DNA from: Flavobacteriaceae bacterium
GTDB lineage: Bacteria > Bacteroidota > Bacteroidia > Flavobacteriales > Flavobacteriaceae
Assembly (NCBI GenBank): GCA_020854235.1
Contig: JADZFW010000084.1
Location: forward strand, 15,932 to 79,931
Length of the DNA stretch: 64,000 bases
Direction of reading: 5' to 3'
The position numbers and the translations under genes are program-made. Under the pieces are notes generated by a model. It did not search any database, was not told the DNA's origin, and saw only the letters and a program-made list of their open reading frames with translations. This document shows positions 18,547 to 28,922 of this stretch, piece after piece. Within the stretch, counting starts at the first letter, position 1. Each line of letters begins with the position of its first letter.

Positions 18547-20101
18547 AAACAGTTCATATACCATCTTATACATTGGAATTGCAGTTGCAATTGGCGTATT
18601 CATAGGTAGTTTCTTTAATTTTAAAGGAAAACCGGTGAATCCATTCGGTGAATCATCGCAAGAAGCCAAAATTAAAAGATTGATCAACTACATTCAATAT
18701 GATTATGTGGATGCGGTAGATACTGATTCTATATTGGATTTGACTATAGACGAATTACTTAAAAATTTGGATCCTCATTCGGTTTACATTCCCAAAAGTG
18801 AATTGGCAAATGTACAAGAAACCATGAATGGAAACTTTACCGGAATTGGCATTCAATTTAGAATGATTCGGGATACCGTGACTGTTGTGAGTGTCATCAA
18901 AGGTGGGCCAAGTGATCAAGCAGGAATTAAAGCAGGCGATCGCATACTTATGGCAGATCAAGACACTTTATATGGGAAAAAATTTACCAGTGAAAAGGTT
19001 ATGACGCATTTAAAAAGCACCAAACCCGACGCTATTCAATTGCTTGTTTATAGAAAAACAGATCATAAAACCTTGAGGTTTAGCTTTAATAGAGGCACCG
19101 TAAATCTATCAAGCGTTCCCGTTTATTATATGATAGATAAGCAAATCGGATTTATAAAAATTGAGGTTTTTGCTCGTACCACTTACAAGGAATTTCACAA
19201 AGCACTTCTAGAACTTAAAAAACAAGGTATGCAAACCTTGATTTTGGATTTAAGAAACAATACTGGTGGTTTTATGGATATTGCCAATGATATTATGGAC
19301 GATTTTCTCACCAATGGCAAACTGATGGTATTTACCAAGAGTAAATCGGGTAAAATTGACAAAAGCTTTGCTACTTCAAAAGGAGATTTTGAAAATGGAA
19401 AAGTTTATATTTTAATTAATGAAGAATCTGCTTCAGCTAGTGAAATCGTAGCGGGAAGTATACAAGATAATGATAGAGGTATCATTGTTGGGAGACGTTC
19501 ATTTGGAAAAGGGCTTGTACAGCAGGAAATGGATCTTGGTGATGGATCCGTAGTTCGATTGACCATTGCACGATATTATACCCCAACAGGCAGATCTATC
19601 CAAAAACCATATAATCACGGCAATGATGACTATTTCTACGACAGTGAAGTGAGGGCTACTAATGGAGAATTACTCTATAAAGATAGTATACCTGTGGTGG
19701 ATAGTTTGAAATACAAAACACCGAAAGGAAAAATCGTATATGGCGGTGGCGGCATCATTCCCGATGTTTTTGTTCCAATTGACACTACATTCTTTTACCA
19801 TGGATTTTTAATCACCGACATCAATGACTTAGTGTTTGAACATGTTGATTCCAATAGAAAAACCTATTCCGGGATGACTTTTGAACAATTCAATAAAACT
19901 TTTGATGCTCAAATACTCATCAACCAATACAATCAAAATAAAGAAACCAAATTTCACAGTAAAGAAGCCTCTTTTGATCGCATGAAATGGTATTTGAAAG
20001 CATTGGTAGCAAGAGAAATATACGGAGATTTAGGATTCTATAAAGTCTATCAGGAAAATGATCAAATGATTTTGAAAATTCTTGAATTGGAAAAAAACTA
20101 A
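18539..20101 (+). CDS. S41 family C-terminal processing (tail-specific) peptidase
   Basis: It has an N-terminal TM segment, a PDZ region (GIGIQF...VIKGGPSDQAGIKAGDRIL) and a catalytic region (NEESASASEI...SFGKGLVQ). The start overlaps the upstream stop by 8 nt. Confidence 0.85.
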   Translation: MSKNSSYTILYIGIAVAIGVFIGSFFNFKGKPVNPFGESSQEAKIKRLINYIQYDYVDAVDTDSILDLTIDELLKNLDPHSVYIPKSELANVQETMNGNFTGIGIQFRMIRDTVTVVSVIKGGPSDQAGIKAGDRILMADQDTLYGKKFTSEKVMTHLKSTKPDAIQLLVYRKTDHKTLRFSFNRGTVNLSSVPVYYMIDKQIGFIKIEVFARTTYKEFHKALLELKKQGMQTLILDLRNNTGGFMDIANDIMDDFLTNGKLMVFTKSKSGKIDKSFATSKGDFENGKVYILINEESASASEIVAGSIQDNDRGIIVGRRSFGKGLVQQEMDLGDGSVVRLTIARYYTPTGRSIQKPYNHGNDDYFYDSEVRATNGELLYKDSIPVVDSLKYKTPKGKIVYGGGGIIPDVFVPIDTTFFYHGFLITDINDLVFEHVDSNRKTYSGMTFEQFNKTFDAQILINQYNQNKETKFHSKEASFDRMKWYLKALVAREIYGDLGFYKVYQENDQMILKILELEKN

Positions 20102-20113
20102 GTTTGAATCAAA

Positions 20114-20854
20114 ATGAAGATTTATTTTGCATCCGACCAACATTTTGGAGCTCCCGATACGATAAAAAGTAAAGTACGGGAAGAGCGATTTGTGACTTGG
20201 TTGGACGAAATAAAAAGTGATGCTACTCACCTTTTTTTACTTGGCGATTTATTTGACTTTTGGTTTGAATATAAACAAGTTGTACCCAAAGGATTTGTGA
20301 GGGTTTTGGGGAAATTAGCTGCGTTAAAAGATGCCGGAATAGAAATTCACTTTTTTATAGGAAACCACGATTTATGGATGCGGGATTATTTTGAAACCGA
20401 ACTTGGGATTCCTATTTATCGTAATCCCCAAACTTTTGAATGGAATGGTAAAAAGTTTTTAATTGGACACGGAGATGGATTAGGTCCCGGTGATTATGGT
20501 TATAAATGGATGAATACTGTTTTTAAAAATCCATTTTCTAAATGGTTATACCGCTGGTTACATCCTGATATAGGCATGCGATTGGGACAGTATTTTTCCG
20601 TTGAAAACCGACTTATTTCAGGTGAGGATGATGTGAAATTTTTGGGAGAAGATAAAGAATTATTAATCCTTTTTTGCAAGGAAGTTCAAAATACAAATCC
20701 CCATGACTATTATGTTTTTGGGCATCGACATTTACCCTTAGAAATCAAAATATCGGAACAAAGCTCCTATATCAACACCGGAGATTGGATTACATATTTT
20801 TCCTATGCAGTATTTGACGGAAAAAAATTGAGTTTGAAATGCTTTGAAAAATGA
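20114..20854 (+). CDS. lpxH: UDP-2,3-diacylglucosamine hydrolase LpxH
   Basis: Calcineurin-like metallophosphoesterase motifs SDQHFG, GDLFDFWFEY, GNHD, GHGD and GHRH occur in LpxH order. The size is 246 aa. Confidence 0.85.
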   Translation: MKIYFASDQHFGAPDTIKSKVREERFVTWLDEIKSDATHLFLLGDLFDFWFEYKQVVPKGFVRVLGKLAALKDAGIEIHFFIGNHDLWMRDYFETELGIPIYRNPQTFEWNGKKFLIGHGDGLGPGDYGYKWMNTVFKNPFSKWLYRWLHPDIGMRLGQYFSVENRLISGEDDVKFLGEDKELLILFCKEVQNTNPHDYYVFGHRHLPLEIKISEQSSYINTGDWITYFSYAVFDGKKLSLKCFEK

Positions 20855-20940
20855 GTCCATCTTTTCGTATCATAATTTCTGTTTAAATTTTATTTCTCAA
20901 TAACTCAAAAACGAATATCAAAATAACCAACCACCAAACC

Positions 20941-21444
20941 ATGCTCAACAAGAAAACCATCATCATCTTAAGTGTTGCCATTCCATTGGTCGTAATAATC
21001 TTATTCAGAGTTAAAATTGAAGGTGTAGATTTATCCTTTTTACCTCATATCTACGCTCCTATCAACGCATTGACTGCTATAATTTTACCCATAGCCATTT
21101 ACCAAATTAAAAAAGGTAATCGAAAAACACATGAACGACTGATGAAAACGGCTTTAATGCTTTCCATAAGCTTTTTGTTGATGTATGTATTGTACCACGC
21201 AACAACAGAAGAAACAAAATTTGGAGGAACAGGATTCATAAAAGTGGTTTATATTGCTATACTTGTATCGCACATCATTTTATCAATTTTCATTGTTCCT
21301 TTGGTACTCAACACTTATTTCAGAGCAATTACCAATCAATTTCAAGCGCACAAAAAATTAGGTAAAATCACTTTTTTATTATGGGAATATGTGGCAATAA
21401 CTGGAGTGGTAGTATATTTGATGATTCGACCATATTATACTTAA
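20941..21444 (+). CDS. DUF420-like integral membrane protein
   Basis: 167 aa with four predicted TM helices. The block KKGNRKTHERLMK followed by YVLYH resembles DUF420. Confidence 0.5.
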   Translation: MLNKKTIIILSVAIPLVVIILFRVKIEGVDLSFLPHIYAPINALTAIILPIAIYQIKKGNRKTHERLMKTALMLSISFLLMYVLYHATTEETKFGGTGFIKVVYIAILVSHIILSIFIVPLVLNTYFRAITNQFQAHKKLGKITFLLWEYVAITGVVVYLMIRPYYT

Positions 21445-21446
21445 AA

Positions 21447-23258
21447 TTAAGGCATGAGTTCATCACCTCTCAATTCTCTGAATCGTTTACGAGCAGGAAC
21501 GAGGTAAATACTAGACGGCTGTTCCAAAACAATTTTTTCATAGTAAATCTTGGCTTTTTCAAAATCCAATAGCTTTTCGTCATAAATTATGGCCAGTTCA
21601 TACAAGGAGTCGTCTATCAAAATATCATCTTGATTTAATTGAAGAATTAATTCATAATTTTGAATAGCTTCTAGATATTTTCCTGTTTTTTCGAATAAAT
21701 TGGCTTGTTTAAACAAGGCTTCATCTTCAATGGGATGACCTTTGTGATGAATCAACACTTGCGACAAAGTATCAATGGCTTGTTGGGTTTTATTTTGGTA
21801 TGCCAATAAATCTGCTATCGCGTAGTTTTTTAAAGCTGTTTGAACACTGTCTTGGGCTATGTTGTCACTAATGAGCAGGCTTAAGTCAATAGCATCATTG
21901 GCAATCAACTTGGTCGTTCCTTTCTTCAGAACTTTCAATTGAGTATTAGCCCATTCAAAATCGCCTTTAAAATAAGAGGTTTGGGCAACTTTATAACGAG
22001 CGGTTTGTGCTAAGGGATGATTTTGAAGGTCATTTTGAACCTGCGTATAAGCAATCAAAGCCTGGTTATATTGTCCTGTAAAAACGAGTATATCCGCCAT
22101 TTGCATTTTAATCTCTGATTTTTTAAATCTATCTAGATTGAGTTCCAAAGCGGTCTCAAGAAAATCAATTGCCTCTTGGGGTTGATTTTGATGGAAAGTT
22201 AAAAATTGCGCATAAGAAGTTTGAATTGAAATGGTATTACTGCCTTTGCCAAAATCCTTAAAAAAGGTTTGGTAGGATGTATCAAGAGCTTGAAAATCAG
22301 TTGAAGTGTTTTTTTGACTTTCCAAAAGATAATAATGTGCTTCTATCTTTTGATCAACATCAGTTTCCTGACTGATGATGTAATTAAAGGCATCCTGAGT
22401 TGTACTGTAATCATGATCATCAAATGCAATTTTACCTACATCAACTACCCCATCCAAATTCACTTGATATCTTTTATACAATGCAATTTCTTGAATTAAA
22501 GCTTTGCTATAATCTTTTTGTTGTAAATACAACCAAGATAGTGTTTTATACCATTCATTGCGAGGTTCAGTTTGAATCCGTTTAACTAATATCTTTCTCA
22601 AAAGCACATTATTATCTCCCTGATCATCTTCTGTTAAAAACTTACCCATAAAACGTTGCGTATTTAGAATATCGGCATTTTGCTTACTCATCATATCCAA
22701 ATACGTTTCAAACATCAACTGTATATCTCCCTTTTCTCCATATATAATAGCAATTTGATTGTAATAATTGGCTGTTGGGAAAGCTGCCATCATGGCTTGA
22801 TAACATTGCAAAGCATAATCCAATTTTTGATGATCTTGAAAACTTTTAGCAATTTGATAACCATTGTTAGGTTTTGATAGCACGTAATTTAATGCCTTGT
22901 CGTAGTATACTTTAGCCTCTTCTAGTTGATCTTGCACTTCATAGTTAAATCCCAATTCTACATGTAAATATTCCAAAGGATTATCTCCATTCCTTTGACT
23001 CATTAATTCCAATTGCTTGAGGATCATTTGTTCAACTTCATCATATTTTTGCAAAGATTGTTGGCATTGAATCAATTTGTCGAGAAGAAAAAAATTGTTA
23101 GGTTGCTTTTCCCATAAACTTTGATACAAATTCTCGGCTTTTTCATATTCTCCTTTATCAAAATATTCCTGAGCTAAAGCTTCATTTTGAGCAAATGCAT
23201 GGAATACTGAAGCAAACATCAGTACAATGAAGATTATATAGTTGCGGATGTGAAACAT
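21447..23258 (-). CDS. Secreted tetratricopeptide-repeat (TPR) protein
   Basis: It has a signal peptide (VLMFASVFHAFAQ). Repeated A..Y..G.Y..A...Y/F 34-residue patterns run throughout the 603 aa. Confidence 0.7.
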   Translation of the reverse strand: MFHIRNYIIFIVLMFASVFHAFAQNEALAQEYFDKGEYEKAENLYQSLWEKQPNNFFLLDKLIQCQQSLQKYDEVEQMILKQLELMSQRNGDNPLEYLHVELGFNYEVQDQLEEAKVYYDKALNYVLSKPNNGYQIAKSFQDHQKLDYALQCYQAMMAAFPTANYYNQIAIIYGEKGDIQLMFETYLDMMSKQNADILNTQRFMGKFLTEDDQGDNNVLLRKILVKRIQTEPRNEWYKTLSWLYLQQKDYSKALIQEIALYKRYQVNLDGVVDVGKIAFDDHDYSTTQDAFNYIISQETDVDQKIEAHYYLLESQKNTSTDFQALDTSYQTFFKDFGKGSNTISIQTSYAQFLTFHQNQPQEAIDFLETALELNLDRFKKSEIKMQMADILVFTGQYNQALIAYTQVQNDLQNHPLAQTARYKVAQTSYFKGDFEWANTQLKVLKKGTTKLIANDAIDLSLLISDNIAQDSVQTALKNYAIADLLAYQNKTQQAIDTLSQVLIHHKGHPIEDEALFKQANLFEKTGKYLEAIQNYELILQLNQDDILIDDSLYELAIIYDEKLLDFEKAKIYYEKIVLEQPSSIYLVPARKRFRELRGDELMP

Positions 23259-23332
23259 AGGACAAACGTCAACAAAAAAACGGACTTAAACAAATATTAT
23301 TGAATTTTTAAACATTTCCTTTTAATACTAAT

Positions 23333-23366
23333 GCAAAAAACACATTTTAACGCGTAAAATGTGTTT
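23333..23366 (-). terminator. Putative tyrS terminator
   Basis: Perfect 10-bp stem acacatttta/taaaatgtgt (23340-23349 and 23355-23364) with loop acgcg. On the minus strand it is followed by a T-run (plus-strand aaaaaa at 23335-23340). Confidence 0.6.
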
Positions 23367-23391
23367 AAAAATATCATTTATAAAATGACAA

Positions 23392-24684
23392 TTATTTTAC
23401 CTTCAAAATAAAATATTGTTTTTTACCTCTCTGTAAAAGCACATAATTATCGGCAATCAAATCCTTATGAGTTATTTTAAATCCTTCGGTAACTTTGTTT
23501 TTATTGACTGAAATTGAATTTTCAGCCAATGCTCGCCTCACTTCTCCATTTGATTTTAAAAACCCTGTTTTTTCATTAAAAGCTAAAACAATATCCAATC
23601 CATCTTGTAAATCTGATTTTGAAATTTCCGCTTGAGGAACGCCTTCAAACACATCCAAGAAAGTTTGCTCATCCAAAGTCAACAAATCATCAGTGGTGGA
23701 TTTACCAAACAATACTTCAGAAGCTTTTACAGCATTTTCATAGGCTTCCAATCCGTGAACCAAGACAGTCACTTCCTCACCTATTCTGCGTTGTAGAATA
23801 CGCAAATGCGGTTGTTCTTTGTGTTGAGTTATCAAAGTTTCTACTGTATTTTGATCCAAAAAAGTAAAAATTTTGATGTATTTTTCGGCATCTTCATCAC
23901 TTGTGTTGAGCCAATATTGGTAAAATTTGTAAGGAGAAGTTCGTTCTGCGTCCAACCATACATTGCCGCCTTCTGTTTTGCCAAATTTTGTTCCATCGGC
24001 TTTGGTTACCAAGGGAACGGTAATTGCGTACGCTTTGCCTTGTGCTTTTCTGCGAACCAATTCTGTACCTGTGGTGATATTTCCCCATTGGTCGGAACCA
24101 CCCATTTGAATGCGGCAATTGAAGTTTTCATAGAGATACAAAAAATCATATCCTTGAAATAACTGATACGTAAATTCTGTAAAACTCATTCCTTCTTTAG
24201 CGTCTTCGCCCAATCGTTTTTTGACAGAATCCTTGGCCATCATGTAGTTTACTGTGATATGCTTGCCAATATCTCTAACAAAATCAATCAAAGTAAATGA
24301 TTTCATCCAATCGTAATTATTGACCAAAACTGCAGCATTGGTATGTTCAGCATTGAAATCGAGAAAACGAGCCAATTGTGCTTTTACACCAACAACATTT
24401 TTATTTAATGTAGCTTCGTCCAATAGATTGCGCTCTTGAGATTTTCCCGATGGATCACCTACCATACCTGTAGCACCACCTACCAAAGCGATAGGTTTGT
24501 GTCCAGAACGTTGAAAATGCATCAATACTAGAATTTGCACCAAACTCCCAATATGCAAAGAATCAGCGGTAGGATCAAATCCAATATAACCGGCAGTAAT
24601 ATTTTCTTTAAGATATGTTTCCGTTTCGGGGATCATATCGTGAATCAATCCTCTCCAACGCAATTCTTCTACAAAATTTGTCAT
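23392..24684 (-). CDS. tyrS: Tyrosine--tRNA ligase
   Basis: It has the HIGH-type motif DSLHIGSLV, the KMSKS-type motif KFGKTEG and a C-terminal S4-like RNA-binding domain. The size is 430 aa. Confidence 0.95.
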   Translation of the reverse strand: MTNFVEELRWRGLIHDMIPETETYLKENITAGYIGFDPTADSLHIGSLVQILVLMHFQRSGHKPIALVGGATGMVGDPSGKSQERNLLDEATLNKNVVGVKAQLARFLDFNAEHTNAAVLVNNYDWMKSFTLIDFVRDIGKHITVNYMMAKDSVKKRLGEDAKEGMSFTEFTYQLFQGYDFLYLYENFNCRIQMGGSDQWGNITTGTELVRRKAQGKAYAITVPLVTKADGTKFGKTEGGNVWLDAERTSPYKFYQYWLNTSDEDAEKYIKIFTFLDQNTVETLITQHKEQPHLRILQRRIGEEVTVLVHGLEAYENAVKASEVLFGKSTTDDLLTLDEQTFLDVFEGVPQAEISKSDLQDGLDIVLAFNEKTGFLKSNGEVRRALAENSISVNKNKVTEGFKITHKDLIADNYVLLQRGKKQYFILKVK

Positions 24685-24751
24685 GTTTTAAATATTTTCG
24701 GCAAATATAAGATTTGAAAATTGATAATAGAAAATAGAATGTAATTAGCAT

Positions 24752-25714
24752 TTAAATTTTCACTTTTTGAATATCTGTAACATTCCATTTTCCTTTTATT
24801 ACCCCTTTTTCAAGGGTCATGATGCCAGGATTGGCTCTGATCATGGTTTTGAGTGTAGTACCATCACCCCAAAGCATTTCAAAATTTAAGGAATATTTTT
24901 CTTTCAAAAATTGAAAATCTTCCATGCTGGAAGCAGAAAGTGCAAATACTTTATAGCCTTTTTGAACGGCTTTGTCTGTCAAAACCTTTATTTCTTTAAA
25001 ACTTTCCAAGTTACTTTCAGCTAAATTAACTGAAATAATCAACATTACTTTATCCGATTGTAGAATTGTATCGGTCAAATTATCGGTTTCATTTTCGAAA
25101 ATAAAATCGTGAATAGGTGGAATCTCTACGCCATCTTTATAAGCCATACCTTCAGGTATATTAGCACCTACTTTATAGGGTGTAAAATCTATAATTGGTA
25201 AATGTATCAAAACGTAATAACTGATAAAAAGACCGACTAGTAATGCTGAAAATGAGCCCCAAATAGCAACCCATTTGTGAAACAATGGTGAGATGTCTTT
25301 CACTCTAATCCATAAAAATGCAATGAGTACAATTAAAACTACATTCTTATAAAACGTCTCCCATGTTCCCAATTTAACAGCTTCTCCAAAACAACCACAA
25401 TCGGTCACTTTGTTGTAATAAGCTGAATACCAAGTCAAATATAAAAAGACAATCATCAAAAGAGTAATGCCCACCAAAGTCAATTTAGGTTTATAGCCCA
25501 GTAATAACATGAATCCCAAAAGCCATTCTGCCAAAATAAGTAAAATAGCCAATGCCAAGGTATAGGGAATTAAAGATGGTATATTTAAAACATCCGGAGA
25601 CAAATATTCTTTCATTTTAATATCAGAGCCAATAGGATCTACCATTTTGACAAAACCAGAAAAAATAAACGTAGCGGCAACTAGAAAACGAATGATATGG
25701 GTTACAATTTTCAT
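24752..25714 (-). CDS. MauE/DoxX-like membrane protein fused to a thioredoxin-fold-like C-terminal domain
   Basis: It has multiple N-terminal TM helices with a TDCGCFGEA motif (MauE/DoxX type). The soluble C-terminal ~130 aa lack CxxC. Confidence 0.55.
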   Translation of the reverse strand: MKIVTHIIRFLVAATFIFSGFVKMVDPIGSDIKMKEYLSPDVLNIPSLIPYTLALAILLILAEWLLGFMLLLGYKPKLTLVGITLLMIVFLYLTWYSAYYNKVTDCGCFGEAVKLGTWETFYKNVVLIVLIAFLWIRVKDISPLFHKWVAIWGSFSALLVGLFISYYVLIHLPIIDFTPYKVGANIPEGMAYKDGVEIPPIHDFIFENETDNLTDTILQSDKVMLIISVNLAESNLESFKEIKVLTDKAVQKGYKVFALSASSMEDFQFLKEKYSLNFEMLWGDGTTLKTMIRANPGIMTLEKGVIKGKWNVTDIQKVKI

Positions 25715-25740
25715 AAAAATGAGTTTATAAATTGCGTTTT

Positions 25741-26289
25741 TTAAACTGTTTTGGATTCTTGAATTTGGATTAATGCAAAAATGGCATAATTGATAATGTC
25801 TTGATAATTGGCATCTACACCTTCCGAAACCAATGTTTTTCCTTGGTTGTCTTCAATTTGTTTGACCCTCAATAATTTTTGTAAAATCAAATCGGTCAAA
25901 GAACTAACCCGCATTTCACGCCAAGCCTCGCCATAATCGTGATTTTTATTTTCCATCAAGAATTTGGTTTCGGCAACAGCTTTATCATAAAGGATAGTCG
26001 CTTCCGAAGTGTTGAGATCAGGCTGATCGACTACTCCATTTTCCAATTGGATCAAGGCCATAATGGAATAATTGATAATGCCAATGAATTCAGGGATTTC
26101 ATCTTCATCAATTTTACGCACACTTTGTTCTTGCATCATTCGGATGCGTTGGGCTTTGATAAAGATTTGGTCGGTAAGTGATGGAATTCTCAAAATACGC
26201 CAAGCGCTACCGTAATCAGTCATTTTTTTAATAAAAAGACTGCGGCATTGGCTGATGATGTTGTCAAACTGTTGTGAAGTTTTTTGCAT
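25741..26289 (-). CDS. DUF1599-like protein with an internal duplication
   Basis: Two homologous halves are visible: DYGSAWRILRIPSLTDQIFIKAQRIRMMQE...IINYSIMALIQL and DYGEAWREMRVSSLTDLILQKLLRVKQIED...IINYAIFALIQI. Confidence 0.55.
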   Translation of the reverse strand: MQKTSQQFDNIISQCRSLFIKKMTDYGSAWRILRIPSLTDQIFIKAQRIRMMQEQSVRKIDEDEIPEFIGIINYSIMALIQLENGVVDQPDLNTSEATILYDKAVAETKFLMENKNHDYGEAWREMRVSSLTDLILQKLLRVKQIEDNQGKTLVSEGVDANYQDIINYAIFALIQIQESKTV

Positions 26290-26353
26290 AAATATCTACT
26301 CTAACGGGTGTAAAGTTCGATAAAAATGCTTGTTTGACAAAAAAATACTGAAA

Positions 26354-26584
26354 TTACTGATTATTTTTTTTTAGAGATTCGATAAGGACTTGGTCTATAA
26401 AAACATCCACATTGATGTTGGGATTGCCATAAGCCATTTCGTTATCGTATTCTGCCAAAATCATTTCTACCATCTTTCTTTCATCTACGGGTTTAGGATG
26501 GTTTGGCGTAACTGAACTGATGAATAGAAATAAAATAATTCCAATTCCGACAAATAATGCTGAAGATTTAATTGTTCGTGACAT
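26354..26584 (-). CDS. Small hypothetical membrane-anchored protein
   Basis: It has a single N-terminal TM helix (ALFVGIGIILFLFISSV) and no recognisable motif. I prefer the ATG at 26584 over the track start. Confidence 0.3.
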   Translation of the reverse strand: MSRTIKSSALFVGIGIILFLFISSVTPNHPKPVDERKMVEMILAEYDNEMAYGNPNINVDVFIDQVLIESLKKNNQ

Positions 26585-26812
26585 ACTATTTAGTTTTGAT
26601 GTCACAAATAACCGATGAATCTCAGTCAGATGATACAGGAAAAAGCCTGAATTTGCAACCGTGTTTTCACTGAATTTTTACAATGAAAAAGCCTGTTGAA
26701 ATTTAAAAAAATCCTATTTTCAACAAATTGATCCAAAAAATAATGTGATTCCAAAATCAGTTATCAACCAATTTTTAAAACCACATTAAAATAATTGTAA
26801 GTACTGTGATTA

Positions 26813-27136
26813 TTATAAGAAGCCTAAAGCCAATTTGGCTTCTTCACTCATTAAATCCTGATGCCAAGGCGGATCAAAAGTTAATTCTAATACCACTTCA
26901 TCAATACCATCAATTGCTTTAATTCTATCTTCAACTTCCTGCGGCAATGATTCGGCTACAGGACAGTTGGGAGTAGTAAGCGTCATGACAATTTTGACAG
27001 CTCTATTTTCATTTTTTACAAATACATCATAAATTAAACCTAATTCATAAATATCCACCGGAATTTCGGGGTCATATATAGTTTTTAAGGTTTCTATGAT
27101 ACGGGTAGTTAATATTTCTTGACTGACGATATCCAT
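26813..27136 (-). CDS. DUF59/SufT-like Fe-S cluster assembly protein
   Basis: 107 aa. The blocks DPEIPVDIYELGLIY and TLTTPNCPVAE, with the conserved Cys, are typical of the MIP18/DUF59 family. Confidence 0.8.
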   Translation of the reverse strand: MDIVSQEILTTRIIETLKTIYDPEIPVDIYELGLIYDVFVKNENRAVKIVMTLTTPNCPVAESLPQEVEDRIKAIDGIDEVVLELTFDPPWHQDLMSEEAKLALGFL

Positions 27137-27278
27137 TTTATATTGATTCTAAATAAGGGCAAAGATATGCGAATTTTAGATTTAGATTTTAGTTTAACAA
27201 TAATATTTTTTTATAAAATTTTAAAAAATAAAACCATTTTAAAAAAGCAACTCAATAGTCAAAAATAAACCTTTAAAG

Positions 27279-27692
27279 TTATTTTGAAAAAGCCAAAGCA
27301 TACAATTTTATTTGTTTCACCATGGACAACAAACCATTGGCACGTGTAGGAGATAAATGTTCCTTAAGTCCTATTTGATCAATGAAATCTGTGTTGGCTT
27401 CCAAGATGGCTTGCGCGGTTTGATTTGAAAAAACTCTCAACAATAAAGCGACAACACCTTTGGTTAAAATTGCATCACTATCGGCAGTATAGACGAGTTT
27501 TTCAGCATGTTTTTCAGCAAAAATCCAAACTTTAGATTGGCAACCACTGATGAGATTGTCTTCAGTTTTGTGTGCTTCATCAATAATTGGTAGATTTTTT
27601 CCCAATTCGATAAGATGCTCGTATTTCTGCATCCAATCTTCTAGAAATTCAAACTCATCGATTATTTCCTGTTGTATATCTTGTATTTGCAT
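27279..27692 (-). CDS. sufE: SufE-family sulfur acceptor
   Basis: The active-site context is ISGCQSKVW, followed by ADSDA.ITKG..ALL. I prefer the ATG at 27692 (MQIQDIQQEI...) over the track start at 27731. Confidence 0.85.
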   Translation of the reverse strand: MQIQDIQQEIIDEFEFLEDWMQKYEHLIELGKNLPIIDEAHKTEDNLISGCQSKVWIFAEKHAEKLVYTADSDAILTKGVVALLLRVFSNQTAQAILEANTDFIDQIGLKEHLSPTRANGLLSMVKQIKLYALAFSK

Positions 27693-27779
27693 AATTGTAA
27701 TTTTTGAAGCATGTCTGAATTTAGAACTCATATTGCTTTTTTACTTTAAACTTTAAATCTTAAACTTTAAACATTTTCA

Positions 27780-27787
27780 TACCTTTG
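27780..27787 (+). promoter_or_regulatory. Candidate -7 box (TAnnTTTG) for the PfkB kinase gene
   Basis: The sequence tacctttg lies 24 nt upstream of the ATG at 27811. Confidence 0.45.
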
Positions 27788-27810
27788 CAAATTAAACCAA
27801 TTATTACCGC

Positions 27811-28737
27811 ATGAGCAAACTTTTAATAGTAGGAACCGTAGCTTTTGATGCTATTGAGACTCCATTTGGAAAAACAGATAAAATTATTGGAGGAGCAGGC
27901 ACCTATATTGCATTGGCTGCTTCCCAATTTGATATTGAAAGCGCTATCGTATCAGTAGTCGGAGGCGATTTTCCAAAAGAATATTTAGCCTATTTAAACC
28001 AAAAAAATATCAATACCGAAGGCATTGAAATTATAGAAAACGGCAAAACCTTTTTTTGGGCAGGAAAATACCACAATGATTTGAATACCCGTGATACCTT
28101 GGCAACCGAATTGAATGTCCTAGCTGATTTCAATCCCAAAGTTCCTCAATCTTTCACTTCTCCCGATTTTTTAATGTTGGGTAATTTACATCCGGCTGTG
28201 CAAATGTCGGTTATCAATCAAATTCCCGTAAAACCCAAATTGGTGGTCTTGGACACCATGAACTTTTGGATGAATAATGCTTGGGATGAGTTGATGCAAG
28301 TAATTGGAAAAGTAGATGTTATAACCATTAACGACGAAGAAGCACGCCAATTGAGTGGTGAATATTCTCTGGTAAAAGCAGCACACAAAATTCATGTCAT
28401 GGGGCCTGAATTTGTAGTGATTAAAAAAGGAGAACACGGTGCTTTATTATTTCACAACGGCACGGCCTTTTTTGCCCCAGCCTTACCATTGGAAGAAGTA
28501 TTTGACCCTACCGGAGCTGGCGATACATTTGCCGGTGGATTTATAGGATACCTTACAGGAACGCATGACGTTTCATTTGATAATATGAAAAGAGCAGTTA
28601 TTGTAGGTTCTAATCTGGCTTCGTTTTGTGTTGAAAAATTTGGAACACAACGCATGGAAGTACTTACACGAGAAGAAATTCAAATACGATTACAACAATT
28701 TAAAGAATTGACTCAATTTGATATAGATTTAGATTAA
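27811..28737 (+). CDS. PfkB/ribokinase-family carbohydrate or nucleoside kinase
   Basis: It has the N-terminal GG dipeptide region (IIGGAGTY) and the C-terminal DPTGAGDTFAGGF anion-hole motif. Confidence 0.8.
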   Translation: MSKLLIVGTVAFDAIETPFGKTDKIIGGAGTYIALAASQFDIESAIVSVVGGDFPKEYLAYLNQKNINTEGIEIIENGKTFFWAGKYHNDLNTRDTLATELNVLADFNPKVPQSFTSPDFLMLGNLHPAVQMSVINQIPVKPKLVVLDTMNFWMNNAWDELMQVIGKVDVITINDEEARQLSGEYSLVKAAHKIHVMGPEFVVIKKGEHGALLFHNGTAFFAPALPLEEVFDPTGAGDTFAGGFIGYLTGTHDVSFDNMKRAVIVGSNLASFCVEKFGTQRMEVLTREEIQIRLQQFKELTQFDIDLD

Positions 28738-28858
28738 TTCACGTTTTTTATTCAGCGGTTGAGCATTCATTTTTTTTAACTAATTGTTTTTTTGGGGTCA
28801 TTTTGACATCAAATTAATAAAAAGGCACTAAAGATGTGCCCTCGTTTGATTTTTTTTA

Positions 28859-28866
28859 TACTTTTG
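28859..28866 (+). promoter_or_regulatory. Candidate -7 box for the first PAS gene
   Basis: The sequence tacttttg lies 57 nt upstream of the ATG at 28923. Confidence 0.4.
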
Positions 28867-28922
28867 CTAAAAATTACTTCCTTCAAGAGTCCTAGCATTT
28901 TTTAAACCCAAAAAAATAAAAA

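Noticed and set aside
28820-28845. A possible terminator hairpin after the PfkB gene (ggcac...gtgcc)
   Set aside because: The stem is only 5 bp and the T-run begins about 10 nt after it, which is too weak to report as a feature.
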